DNA of 63,923 nucleotides, counting the filler, from Sluysia triapertura (lineage: Eukaryota), in NCBI GenBank assembly GCA_046118255.1. It is 5 parts of 5 records of this genome, joined end to end, with 100 filler letters (N's around TTAATTAATTAA, not from the genome) between each part and the next. Parts side by side here need not be neighbours in the genome. Positions count along the whole stretch, not along the records: positions 23,186 to 37,445 come from JBJNIA010001343.1; 4 more parts are not named here. One strand, written 5' to 3'. A model generated the notes under the pieces. It was not told where the DNA came from, made no database searches, and saw nothing but the letters and a program-made list of their open reading frames with translations. Both the position numbers and the translations under genes were made by a program. The first letter of the stretch is position 1; every line of letters begins with the position of its first letter. This document shows positions 25,318-37,545 of this stretch, piece after piece.

Positions 25318-25879
25318 TGAAAGTCGGCAAAGTTTTGATAATCAAATTATATCACAACATACTTGATCAGTCGACGAATCAATTATGTCATTAACAGAAG
25401 AAGTAGTGCTAATTAAATATTTATGGAAAGTTATATCAAATAACAATAGACAAATTTTATATAACAATTGGTAATATTATTTAAAACATAAAATTAATAA
25501 ATTAACATTTATTTCTTTTAGTGCCTTAAGTAAAATATAAATTAAATTTTAAGTAATTGTTTTAATTTGAAGAAGTTAAATATGTTTTCCTTTAAATTGT
25601 CAGCTGCAAATATTTTTAAGTAGCAGTATTTATTGATAAATATAAACAAAATCATGAATAATGTGTAAAAGTTATAAATTAAAATAGATTTAGCCCACAA
25701 AGTAGAATATTATATTATATTTTACAATATAAAAATAACATGTATTCTGCGTAATCAAATCCAATGAAATTTCATTGGATGTATATGTATAGTCATCAAC
25801 CGAATTGTAATTACTTAAATGTGCAAGCTTTTAATGTAAACAATCGACAATATTGTGTAAAATGGTAATATGTATGCAT

Positions 25880-28435
25880 TATGGTTTGCAAACCGGTACT
25901 GTAATACCGGTAAATATCGGAATTCGAAAATTATGGACAATACCGAAACCGAAGAATCAAATACCGGTTTTTAAATATCAATTCATAGAATTAAAAAGTT
26001 GTATCCCTCGTGCTTTAAGAGTTTGTGAAATATGTGAAACTATGTCGGAAAAGCAATGGGAATCTCTAGATGTTCTTCTAAACACGTTCCATCCTTTTGA
26101 AATAGCTATTGAAGGGCTTGCCACGGAAGACGCTTCACTATTAAATTTACATAAATTTATTTTGAAAGAATTAAAGTCTCAGTTCTGTCTTAATCAAGAT
26201 TAAATAAAAATTTGATTGAAAGGTACAATTCGCGACAGATGAATAAATTTGCTGGACTACAACTTTATTTCGAAGATCCCGATATAGTAAGAAAAACGAA
26301 TTATTCTTATTGCCAAATTACGAAACGATAAAGAAACTGGCGATCTCCAAACACAAACGGAAGAAGTAGAAAAAGGTGATATTTTGCCTTCAACTGACAT
26401 TAATAATGAATCAAATGATCCGATGATTCACCGATATCTCACTTAGTGGTTAACAAGAGTAAGAAATCCAATACCACTTCTCTATCTATTGTTGATTTAG
26501 GCAAAAAACTAAAATTATATGAAGCAACAGGGAAGCGATCTGAGCGTTTAGGAAAGCTATACCAAAGCCTGTGCACAATTAAAGCAACAATTGAAAGAGC
26601 TTTTTTATCTGCATGATATTTTTAACAAAGATTCGTTATAGATTATCGCCCAAAAAACTAGATGTTTTTACCTTTGTAAATAAATAACTTCTGAAGAACT
26701 GTTATTCTTTAAACAGGCGAAAAATACATTTTAAATACTAAATATAACATTTATATATATTTTTGTCTTGTAAGAATATTTTATAACTTGAATTCTTCCA
26801 GTAATATCTTCTTGAATTCTTCCAGTTTCTTTAACTTCTTTCAATTGAATAACTCTTAGTTTTTAATATTGATTTAAATGTCTTGATCTATACAAATTCT
26901 TAATAATGATAACTTGAATTTTCAAATGATATTCCAAACATATTATACTATTTGGTTTTTGAAATTCAAGACTAAGTTCTTACTAATATATAAACCTAGA
27001 AGCGTGAATTCGAATACTTGTTTAGCTAGTACGAAATGAAAGTGCTTAATAAAATCTTTATATTTTAGTTGTTCTAGTTCTTACTACAATTTCCACGTTT
27101 GTTTGAAATACTGAGTTTACTTATCTATACAAACCTTTATCAATATTAATCTTCGACTTTAATTAAATTTTATTCGTAATTATTCAATTTAAAATCTATT
27201 TATTTGTGATTGCTTAATCTATCACCTTCTACTCTATTCTCGACCCTTGTTTAATATGCAAATAATAAAAAAGGCAAAAAGATGATTATAACAAATATTT
27301 TTTAAATAAATTATAAATGAAGATTATTTCTATTATTTTAATTATAATTTACAAATAAAATTTTAGTTGCAATTTTAGTACTTTTCGACTAAAAAGTACT
27401 AATCTTCTTATCTTCAAACTAGTCATTAAAATGTTTCCCAAAGGATAAGTTTCTCGACGGGTGATTCAAGATTGTATATAATAGATCTTTTCGATCGATA
27501 TCTCTGCGATTGTGTAAAATAGAGTTCTCAATTAGTGTCTACTGTTTTTTCTGATTTAATACTTCCTTTTATAATACTTTTATCATATTTTCAATTACAA
27601 TTAAAATAATACAAAATTTATATTTTCAATATTATAATAATCCATATTATACAAAAATTTGCCAAACAAAATTATTAGAAACTATAGGAGAAAATTATAT
27701 ACATGTAAATATAAAATTATTTTAGTAATTATAAATGAAAATTGTGAAATTATAACAGTTCAAAACGTCAGTTGTTATAGGTATAAAATTATAACAATTC
27801 AGAATATTTATTTTTATTTTTTATTTATTTTTAGTCGAAGGTAGTGTTATTGATTTTTAATTACATACTGATTCTATTTAATTTCAATTTAATAGGTTTT
27901 TTTTCGAATACATATAATTTGTTCTCCATATTCTAAATCATGTTTTTAAGATAATTTTGACCGGATTTTATGTTCTTAAAATTTAATTTTATATTACTAT
28001 TGTTGATTCTTAATTGAAATGATTTATTGACTACAATAATAAAGTTTAATATGTATATTTTTTAATTTTGTATTATCCTTATCTTTAAAATGATTGCTTC
28101 TGCATTTACTCTTTAAATTTAATTCTTATTTGTTGTTAAATTTTGAATTTATATTAATTGTATGTAATCTCATTTTAAATTGATAAAGCATTATAATCTT
28201 AATAATTTTTCAACTAATATTTTTTATTAAAAATGAATGTTTAAACGATAAATTATTTTAAAACTGATTTTAATCATATGTTTACATTCTTATTACTACA
28301 TTTAAGTCATTTTATTTACTTAAAAAATATATAGAAAATTTATACAAAAGTGCTCGGGAATAGGTAAAAATCGGGATTAACTTTTTCTGGAGGTAATTTA
28401 CCGGGTATAAAATTTTCGGTACTTTGCAAGCCCTA
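25880..28435 (+). mobile_element. Decayed hAT transposon with both ends, 8-nt TSD and a probable nested insertion
   Basis: Ends TATGGTTTGCAAA / TTTGCAAGCCCTA, TSD gtatgcat / ctatgcat and ACCGG subterminal motifs. Transposase remnants: QWESLDVLLNTFHPFEIAIEGLATEDASLL (~26050-26150) and the dimerisation region LYQSLCTIKAT.IERAFLSA..KIRYRLSPKKLD (~26555-26665). Confidence 0.88.
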
Positions 28436-30247
28436 CTATGCATATACTATTTTTAACTAATAGTGAAGTATGGTGTGTATATTTATAGATGCAGCCAATT
28501 AAATCAAAAATATAATTTACAAAGTTAGCCACTAAGTTTTACAATTAAAATTAGTAAACGAGTTTAAAAAATAAAATTGTCTGCCAAAAAATTAAAATAA
28601 AAAAGTGAAATGACTTAATTTAAAAAAAGAAAAAGATGGCTAAAATTTTTCAAGCAAGGTATGAAATGAAAACGCAATATAGTTTAGCAAATAGATAAAA
28701 CAGATGAAATGAATGATCAATGCTATTAAAATCCTAAAGTTAAAAAAGATGAAGTGAAAGCGCAATACCACCACATCCTCAGTGATGCTAAAGTTTATCA
28801 AAGAGATAAAACAAATGAAATGAAAGAGCTAATGCCAAAGTAAATAAGATCCACCTTGAATCATATGAAAGGATTAAACTCGACAATTTCGAGCAGTATG
28901 ACCTAGCTACTGAACTCAGCTCTAGAGTGAAAACGGATACTGTACATTCAAAGTGTGATAATCTATTTATCCTTTCTATAAATTTTTCATTGTGTATGTT
29001 AATTTACTTAAAGTATTTCACCACTGTAAAATTAACAATGATCGACGCCATATATTAAGAATCAATTTTGAATTTAATTTAAGTTTTGATAAAATTAATT
29101 TCAAGTGATATCCAGCAATTATTAACATTGATGATTACAATTTATAATCTAATACAATGTAAAACTACAAGAGAAGTAACACTAATTAAACTTTTTACCA
29201 TTAAGCTAACAGATTTAAAAATCAAAATTCTTTGCAGCTGCACAATACTTTACTTCAATCCTTATATCTTCTTTAACTCAAGTGTACGTAAGAATGTTGT
29301 TTGTGAGCTAGACAATGACAATTATGATTCATCTTCTAAACCAATTATACCAATAATTGAACAATACATCTTATGAAATGTTCACAAACACCTTTCCAAA
29401 TATCACCTCATTCAGTTCTACATATTGAATTCAACAAGAAATCATCGCGCTCACTGCCTTTTGACAATCAAGTTATGAATACAAAATACAATGTAAATAC
29501 CAAATTTCAAACAATAACGCACAATAAATATAATGTTGAGACTTGAATTTTCTTTCTTAGTTTCATCTGTAACCTCTTATTCAATGTTCAGCCTATTTGT
29601 CGATAATATTTGTCAGAATATTATGTTAAAACTTCTCTAGACAATTATAGTTGTTATCACAAATGCGTATCCAATCTCTATAACATAAACACCAGTAGTT
29701 ATCCTAATTTTCCAATGCGCATAACACCGGCTAAAGCATATAATTTGAAACACCATTTAATATACCATATAACCACCTCATATAACTTCCTCTTACGCCT
29801 TCTCAACGAAGACATTCTAGGAGGACTCAGTTATAAATCCACACACTAAATCCAAATCAATTTATTAAAAATAAATCTTAAATGCAGATTTGGCAATAAT
29901 TTAATGAAATTTCTCCTTTTACTAATCAAACGTAAATATTTCAAATTGAATATTATACTAATTTTATATTTTATTGGATATTTGTGTATTTTATCAGTGA
30001 ACTTTTTATTAACATTTGAAGTTTCATCTTTGGAAATTTTTATTGAATATCGATCATTTTATATGAAATTGATAGATAAGAAACCACACTTAATTAACTT
30101 TGGGGACAAGGCTTACCCTTCATGGGAGGAATGTAAAAAAACATATACTTATTTAAATATTATATATATTTCTATTATATATATTATTATTATATATTTC
30201 ACGATTTCTTCTCGAAAAGACCTATTTCTGCTCAGAATAATATATTT

Positions 30248-30382
30248 TCAATAATCTGTCACGTTTGTGGGACCTCATTCATCCAACAAAATGTTTTCTG
30301 GACTCAAGTCTTGATTAATAACACTTTTGAAATGTAGATACCCAAATGCAAGACTGATTTCAGCAATAAAACAACATGCCAA
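30248..30382 (-). pseudogene. AGC-group Ser/Thr kinase pseudogene fragment (subdomains VIa-VII)
   Basis: LACCFIAEISLAFGYLHFKSVINQDLSPENILLDE*GPTNVTDY* against the consensus FYxAEIxLALxYLHxxxIIYRDLKPENILLDxxGHxKxTDFG. Two Gly/other codons have become stops. Confidence 0.85.
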
Positions 30383-32456
30383 CTAAGAGTTATCTCATAG
30401 GTTGATGTTTGTGTTTGTGCCACTTGACAGCAAATGTTTTTTTTCTTTTAAATAAGTAAACAATTCATGTTGAGGACAATATGTAATGTACCAATTTGAG
30501 TGACTTTGGAATAATATTTAATTATTTCTAAAACATTTCTTTCATTTCTAATAATGTGTGCTTTTGTAAAACTTTCATAGCAAATAACTTAATTGATCAT
30601 CACTCAAAGTAAATTTTTATTAAATTTAATAAAGTAAATCAACATAATTCCTACACCCAATAACTGATAATATATTAAAATTTTCCATTGACACTTTCAT
30701 ATTAGTATTGATTGTTTCATTATTTATTTCAATAGTTTGTTTTGCAATCATTCGTTAATTCATGCAAAAGAATATTATTTACATCTTCGCTTAAAAGACT
30801 TATATCTGTATTATCGTGTGAAGTTTCTGTAACTTCTGACAAAACACCATAGTCATTAATGTATTTTAAAAATAATGATGTAAACTTTAATATTATGCAT
30901 TAAAATTAAGAACAATAATACAAATATGTAGAACCTTGCAACAATTTTTGTACAATATTTTACCTTTGTATTTTTAATTAGAAAAAAATTAATTGATGAT
31001 TTTTAATAAGATTATTCCAATGAAACATGAATTGGCATCTAGTGTAGCTAATTAGCATTTCATTGGTTTGTTATTTGTACTAAATGCTTATCTGGAATTA
31101 AATATTTGGCAATAATTATGATGCTTTTTCTTACTATTATTAAAAAATTAAAATAAACTAGTTGAATTTACATCGCTTAACATCTTATCTTAAAGAATTA
31201 CATTAAATCATACTAAAAATTATGACTGCATAATTCTTTCTAACGAATGGTTTCATATCAATGATTTTAAGCGGTTAACAAAGTTAGATGTTCTAAAGCT
31301 GCGGTATATTATATTGAATAGTATAAAGTACAAAGTTGCATGATCTTTTGTTTCGTATAATTTATTACTAATATTATAATCGAAATGCTTTAACATTGTT
31401 TGTTAAACAGTTTAGTAAGTTTTGCAACAAAGAAGATAAAAAGTAATATTCGATTATCTAAAAACATGAGTTACAAGGTAAGTTTGATGAATTAAATTGC
31501 AATTAATAATGATTAAGATTAGAGATTTTATAAATTTTATGAGTTATGGGTTGATTGTGTGATGAATAAATAATAAAATTGTGTAATATGAAGTAAGCCT
31601 CCACACAGACATACATACATTCCATAATCACGATAATATTGAGTTTTATTTTTTAAATATATTTTAGTAAATTGAGTGTTTGATTTACTTTTGTTTGACT
31701 TGAACGAATTACTAAAATCTCATTTCCATTTTTACCATAACTAATAAAATAGGTTACTCATCATCACATTATCTAAAATAAATTTAAATTTATTATAATA
31801 ATATTTACAAAAAAAGTTAATTTTTTATTATTATAAAACACTGATTGCGCATAAATAAGGTTTTGAATTCGATTCACACGGTAAGTTCATTTCTAAAGTC
31901 TGTCATTATTATGTAATTGTAACTTACTTTTCCTTTACTTTATATATTCTTTATTAATAAATAATGTTAATTGAAACATAATGTAGAATTAAACATAAAT
32001 AAAGTAGGAAATATATAACTTGCATTGTTAATGAATGCACTTTGCAAAATTAATTAATGTCCCAGACCGTATTTGATTTATTTCTTTCTTATCTAATTTA
32101 TATTATTTTTAATTTTATACTTAGTTATATTACAATAACAGAAAATTAAAACAATTCAGTCAAATTACGGTAATAATATTTAATTAAAACAATTACTTTT
32201 TGTTCTAATTATAAAATGAAATTTACATATCATTGTGATATTTTGTATGTTAAAATGTAATTTTAAAATTGTCTTTAAAATAAGTAAAAAGTGGGTCTAA
32301 CACAGGAGTGCAACATGTTGATCGCTCGCGGTGTCTGATTTAATGTGCTACACTTTTAACTGAACGGAATAAACATGTAGTTCCAAATATCAAAAGTTGG
32401 GTATGGAAAATTATTTTCTCTATGGACATATATATCTCGAAAACTTAATAAGTGAT

Positions 32457-33350
32457 TTAAATAATAGCGCGGGTTAGTGCACCTTGTGATGGCCGGGTTA
32501 TATAGGCATTTGATTTAGGATTAACTTTTAGAAATTTAATATGAGTAATTGTTATGTTATCATTAGCAAAACTAGACTTAAGGTCTGTGTAAAGATTAAA
32601 ATACTTTGAATTAAATTCATTAATTAAAAATTGAAACGAAAAGTAACTCTGTGCATTAATATATTTAAGTTTAACATCAAAGATATCGAGAATATCAAAT
32701 GTATTAAGCATATAAAAAGCATCAAACATCGAAGTTTTTCTAATAAAAGTGTACTGATAATAAACAAATAACGAATATAAATTAAAGTCTAAAACCTTTT
32801 CGCCAGAGAGTTCTAACACTTGAGTCATTGGGCAGAAATTGGCTTCATCCATTTCGTGAGCTATACAGAGTGACATGAATGGTACGTTATCACCTTTGCG
32901 TTCGTATATGTCGGATAATAGATCAAATACTTCATAATATATTCTTTTTCTTATATATTTCAAAATTAATTTCGTAATTTTATTTAACTTTGAACTATAT
33001 TTAAGAACACTTAATACGCTTTCGGTTTCGGAAACAAAATTATTTTTATTAAAAACATCTTTCACGTCACTTCTATTCGGTAAAACTCTAAGATATTTAA
33101 ATTGAGACATTTGTGATATTTCTGATATATTATCATCAAACATACTTTTACTTTTATTCGTACTATCATTGTAATCACTATCCTCGTGTGCATATTTATC
33201 GTCAACATCAACATCACTATATGGATCAATTTCAAAAACGGAATCATGATCGACGTAGAACCTTTTGACTTCTTTTAGATCGACATTAGTATAAATACTA
33301 TTACATCTGTTGGTTACCATATCCCACAGTTCTGGCATTGTACTCTTCAT
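32457..33350 (-). CDS. 297-aa uninterrupted ORF, unknown protein
   Basis: Longest ORF in the window and unlikely by chance at this AT content. ATG start directly after CAG, acidic low-complexity segment followed by a globular-looking region. No motif recognised. Confidence 0.7.
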   Translation of the reverse strand: MKSTMPELWDMVTNRCNSIYTNVDLKEVKRFYVDHDSVFEIDPYSDVDVDDKYAHEDSDYNDSTNKSKSMFDDNISEISQMSQFKYLRVLPNRSDVKDVFNKNNFVSETESVLSVLKYSSKLNKITKLILKYIRKRIYYEVFDLLSDIYERKGDNVPFMSLCIAHEMDEANFCPMTQVLELSGEKVLDFNLYSLFVYYQYTFIRKTSMFDAFYMLNTFDILDIFDVKLKYINAQSYFSFQFLINEFNSKYFNLYTDLKSSFANDNITITHIKFLKVNPKSNAYITRPSQGALTRAII

Positions 33351-34809
33351 CTGGCTAAACTAATTTAATTTGAAAGCTCAATTCAAAATTTTTAAAATGT
33401 TACTTTTTTAAACATTTTCATGCGCAAAATTACCTTGAAACTATATATAGGTCATTTGCATAAAAATATCATAATAGTAAAAAAGTAATTAAAAATAATG
33501 AATATCACACAACTATAAGTTATCTTAAGCAGAAAAAGAAAATTAACAGTAACATAAATTGATATATGGAATATAAATTAAGAAATTAAGGCCAAATTAC
33601 TTTGAGGTTTAACAAAAATTAAAACAATGTATATGTATATATATAATGCTTGTATGTTAATATATTTACTTTATTTAATTTATTTACAATGAATTTAATT
33701 ATATATAAATTATTCTTAAAATAATTTTATTTTTCAAAATAATTTGATATATTTGTATAAATTATAAATTATGATTTCTTTAACATTATACAAAATTCAA
33801 TAAGATACTACAATTGGATTATACTTATATAACAAAGAATATAACAAATTTAATTGCCACATCTTAAATTAATTGGAAAATTATAAAATACTTCAGTAAA
33901 ATAATGCATATGATATAAGAATTTTAATGTATATGCACAATAAAGTTTTGTAAATTTATTGGTGCATCATTTAAAAACAAATCACGATACATAGAAAGTA
34001 GGTATGCATAATTTTAATTACTGTAATCAAGTTTTTATTTTAAGAGTATCAAGGTCATCATAGAAATAGGTTTATTAAAGTTGTAGTGTAATCGCATCTA
34101 TTTTTATTTTTTTTGAAACAAAGACATGTTTGTAACTTTTAACATTTAAATATTTTACTTTTATCGTTACTGTAATTTTTAGAGTTTATTGGAGAATTGT
34201 TCAAATTTTATTATAATATTTTTGGTAAAAGATAAAAACATCAAACCAAATACTGAATAATTGAAGAGCCATATTTATTAAAATATACATGTACCTAAAT
34301 ACTTATATATATTTATATAATGTTCGTAAATTTGTGTACTTTATTAAATCAAATCAAAACAACTTAAGTGTATCTGTTCATTGATGTAGAACAAGGCGTA
34401 TAGAAAGTTGCTACGTAGAAACAATTAATTACATTTGACTTTATAAAATGTTTATAAATTAATTGTAAAATGATATAGGCATTTTGTGTAATGACGAAGC
34501 AAGTAATAATCAAATCTTCATTGGCATGTGTGTTGGGGGTACCCAACTGTTGAATATGAAATTAATAAGGAAGACGTAATTGAAAAAATACGTGAATAAT
34601 TAAGATTGAATTCAAACCATCCTGGTAACCTGAAGAAACTTGAGATGAGCTTGGAAACTTTTTCAGCCATTAACATGTGAATCGCCATGGTCCATGGTAA
34701 TTTAATTACATAATTTAGGTGCTACATCTCGAAAAAATTTAACTTTATACTGTAAAAATATTTTTTACAGATTTGAATTATTATTAAACCTGTTACTTTT
34801 ATCGAATAA

Positions 34810-35740
34810 GAAAAATGCTATTCTTGATGACAGATTGGCAAAAGTTAAGCCATTGTTAGATTTTGTAATTGACGAAACTCTTGTTCCATGGAGAAGCAAG
34901 CTTATTTTCCGTTAATAAAGTGCATAAGTACGGAATTACACTTTTTAATTTGTGTACTTTAGAAGGGTATCATGATCAAGCAAAATTTATTCAGGTAATT
35001 CTGGGATTTTGATAAAAATTGTGGATTAGCCGCAAGAATTTATCACAAGAGCTTCTAAATGAAGGTAGATCGTTATATGTGGACAACTTCTATACTGGCT
35101 ATCCGCTATCATAAGTATTTCTTCGTCAAAAAATGCATGTTGTAGGCACTGTAAGAGTAAGAAATTCAAGCCAAAGGAAGTTATGAACGCTAAATTAAAG
35201 AAAGGAAAATGGTAGCGAAAGAAGATTAAAAATGTTATTGTAGTACTTCACTGGCTCTATACTCAAAATGTTAGAGTATTACAAAAACATTCCCCAGAAA
35301 TGGCAGATATAAACACAAAGAAATAATAAATAAAAACCGCTTTCAATTTGTGCTTATAGTAAAGGTAAAGCAAAGATAGATATTTCAGATCAAATGGGTT
35401 CCAATGCAAATACTCCTAGGTAAGGAATAAAGTAGTATCGCAAGTTGCAATAGAATATATAGAAAATTAGACAATTTCGTGAACATTTAGTTACTGATAT
35501 GCTTAACTTAGGTTCGAACATAATTGAAAACCAAATAACTTCAACTCATACGCTAAAAATGATGTTCAGTTCTGAAAAGAAAACAATAAGTATAATGTGC
35601 GTTGGATGTTGTGCCCAAATAAAAGAAACAGCTCAGATTGCAAATGACATCCCTTCTTTTAAATTTTATTTATTTAAATTTTAAGTTCTCCTACAGTTAA
35701 CGAATTTATGCCTAAAGCGACGTTCCTGTAGGATTTAATT
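34810..35740 (+). mobile_element. Decayed piggyBac (PGBD4-like) transposase
   Basis: Frameshifted fragments DDRLAKVKPLLD, VIDETLVPWRSKLIFR, HKYGITLFNLCTLEGY, LLNEGRSLYVDNFYT, HVVGTVR and AYSKGKAKIDISDQM cover the DDD triad regions. A Cys-rich tail remnant lies near 35590. Confidence 0.92.
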
Positions 35741-36589
35741 AAAATTTAACTAAGGTCTAATGACTTATTAAATCTTAGTCTCAATAAATTATTCGATGAT
35801 AACTAAACAAATTAGTAATGATTAATTATTGAAGTTCACACTCAAATTCTTTGACCGAAAATTAACTACTTAAGATGTCTTAACTTAAAACTTAGACGAG
35901 GGTCTATAATATTAAATTTAATTCTTTCTAGTATAATTACTAATTATACGGACCAAGTATATTCCTTTCATATGTTTACTCTAAATTATTTTATCAATAT
36001 ACATTTTAAATAAATAAACTTTTTTGGTTAACTCAATTCTTTATGGTACTTAGTATTAATAATCTTACTCCTTCAGACTTATTATCTATTATGAAATGTA
36101 GGGGCTAGCACTTGAATTAGGTTTAGGGTTAGGGTTAATTGCTTTTTGAGCAAGTTTATATATATATATATATATATAGTAACTTATTAAGATTTCTAAT
36201 CTTAGTTATTTTGTCTTCTTTATTTATTAATGTTCCAATGAAATCTCACGTCGTGTAAGTTTTATGAATTATTTTTTTCTTAATAATTTAGCCAAAAAAC
36301 AGCAACTATATTTAAATAATAAAAATAAATTTAGAGTTATAACAGCTTGTGTTGCTTCTTTGCAAACTGTTAATTTCTGTAATTCAATATTTGTTCAATT
36401 AGTTTAAAAAGAATGTTTCTTATCCAAGTTTTCAATAATGATTTACTTAATATCAATAATTATTCACCCCAAAAATTAAACTCATGAAAATCAAATCAAA
36501 AATAACACAATTATTCACTATTAAACAAAAATCAAAATATAATTTATGATTATTATAAATCTTTACTAAACGATATTCAAACTGGCTAA

Positions 36590-36930
36590 GAAAGTCAAGA
36601 TTAATAATAATGTTTATAATAATAATAATAAGGATACTACAATATAACTAAATAAAGCAGGAGTCTCGCAACAGACACTAAAAATATCAATATCTAGAAA
36701 GTGAAGAATAATGATACTGCCAAATATTTCTAGACAGCTTAACCATTACAATTAAATATTATAACAAAAATTTGGGCAGAGATTCTTCATAGAATTTAAC
36801 AGTAATATATAAAAAAAATAATATTTAAAAGGTAAATTATATGGGGTGTCTATCACAAAACTAATTTTAAAATCAAAAAAAATATTGCAAATGGAGTCTC
36901 CCACCAAATGATTATAAAATCCCTTAAAAA
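36590..36930 (+). mobile_element. Highly decayed LINE reverse-transcriptase 3' remnant
   Basis: Scattered motifs in the expected order: GVSQ (GVPQGS-like), W..IEFN and VNYMG (VKYLG-like). Confidence 0.35.
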
Positions 36931-37445
36931 CAGATGAAATAATAATGATAATAATCGGAATATTACAACAATATTACAACGATATTAAAATAATAAATTA
37001 GAATAATAAAATAATAAAATTTCCCTACCAAGAGCATGGATCTTCTTAATTCTGCAAATCTTCTTGTGTCCTGTGATTGTGTGATTGTGTTGTGAAATTT
37101 TAAAAATTTTTATTTTTACACTGTCATCATCCACTCAATCGGAAGTCTCACAATCAAACACTCTCTCACACAAATCATCCAAACCTCTTTGAGAATCAGA
37201 CCGACAATAACAATTTTGACAATTACATGGTACGGTCCGTCAAACTTCATTAGGTACAAAACATAGAAATCTAATTTATTATCAACCATCATTTCCTTTT
37301 ACTCTACTCAGTCTTTTTTTACTTAAATTACTTCTCACATTAAAATAACAATCATCAATACTGTTAATGTACATAAAAATAATGAATTTAATTTCACTTT
37401 CTATTATTTAATTAATTTTCTATTTTTCACACCCAATTTTCTAAT

Positions 37446-37545
37446 NNNNNNNNNNNNNNNNNNNNNNNNNNNNNNNNNNNNNNNNNNNNTTAATTAATTA
37501 ANNNNNNNNNNNNNNNNNNNNNNNNNNNNNNNNNNNNNNNNNNNN
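37446..37545. other. Artificial contig spacer
   Basis: N44-TTAATTAATTAA-N44. Confidence 0.98.

Noticed and set aside
36116-36136. TTAGGG telomere-like repeats
   Set aside because: Only 2-3 units and internal to a contig; too short to call a telomere or healing site.
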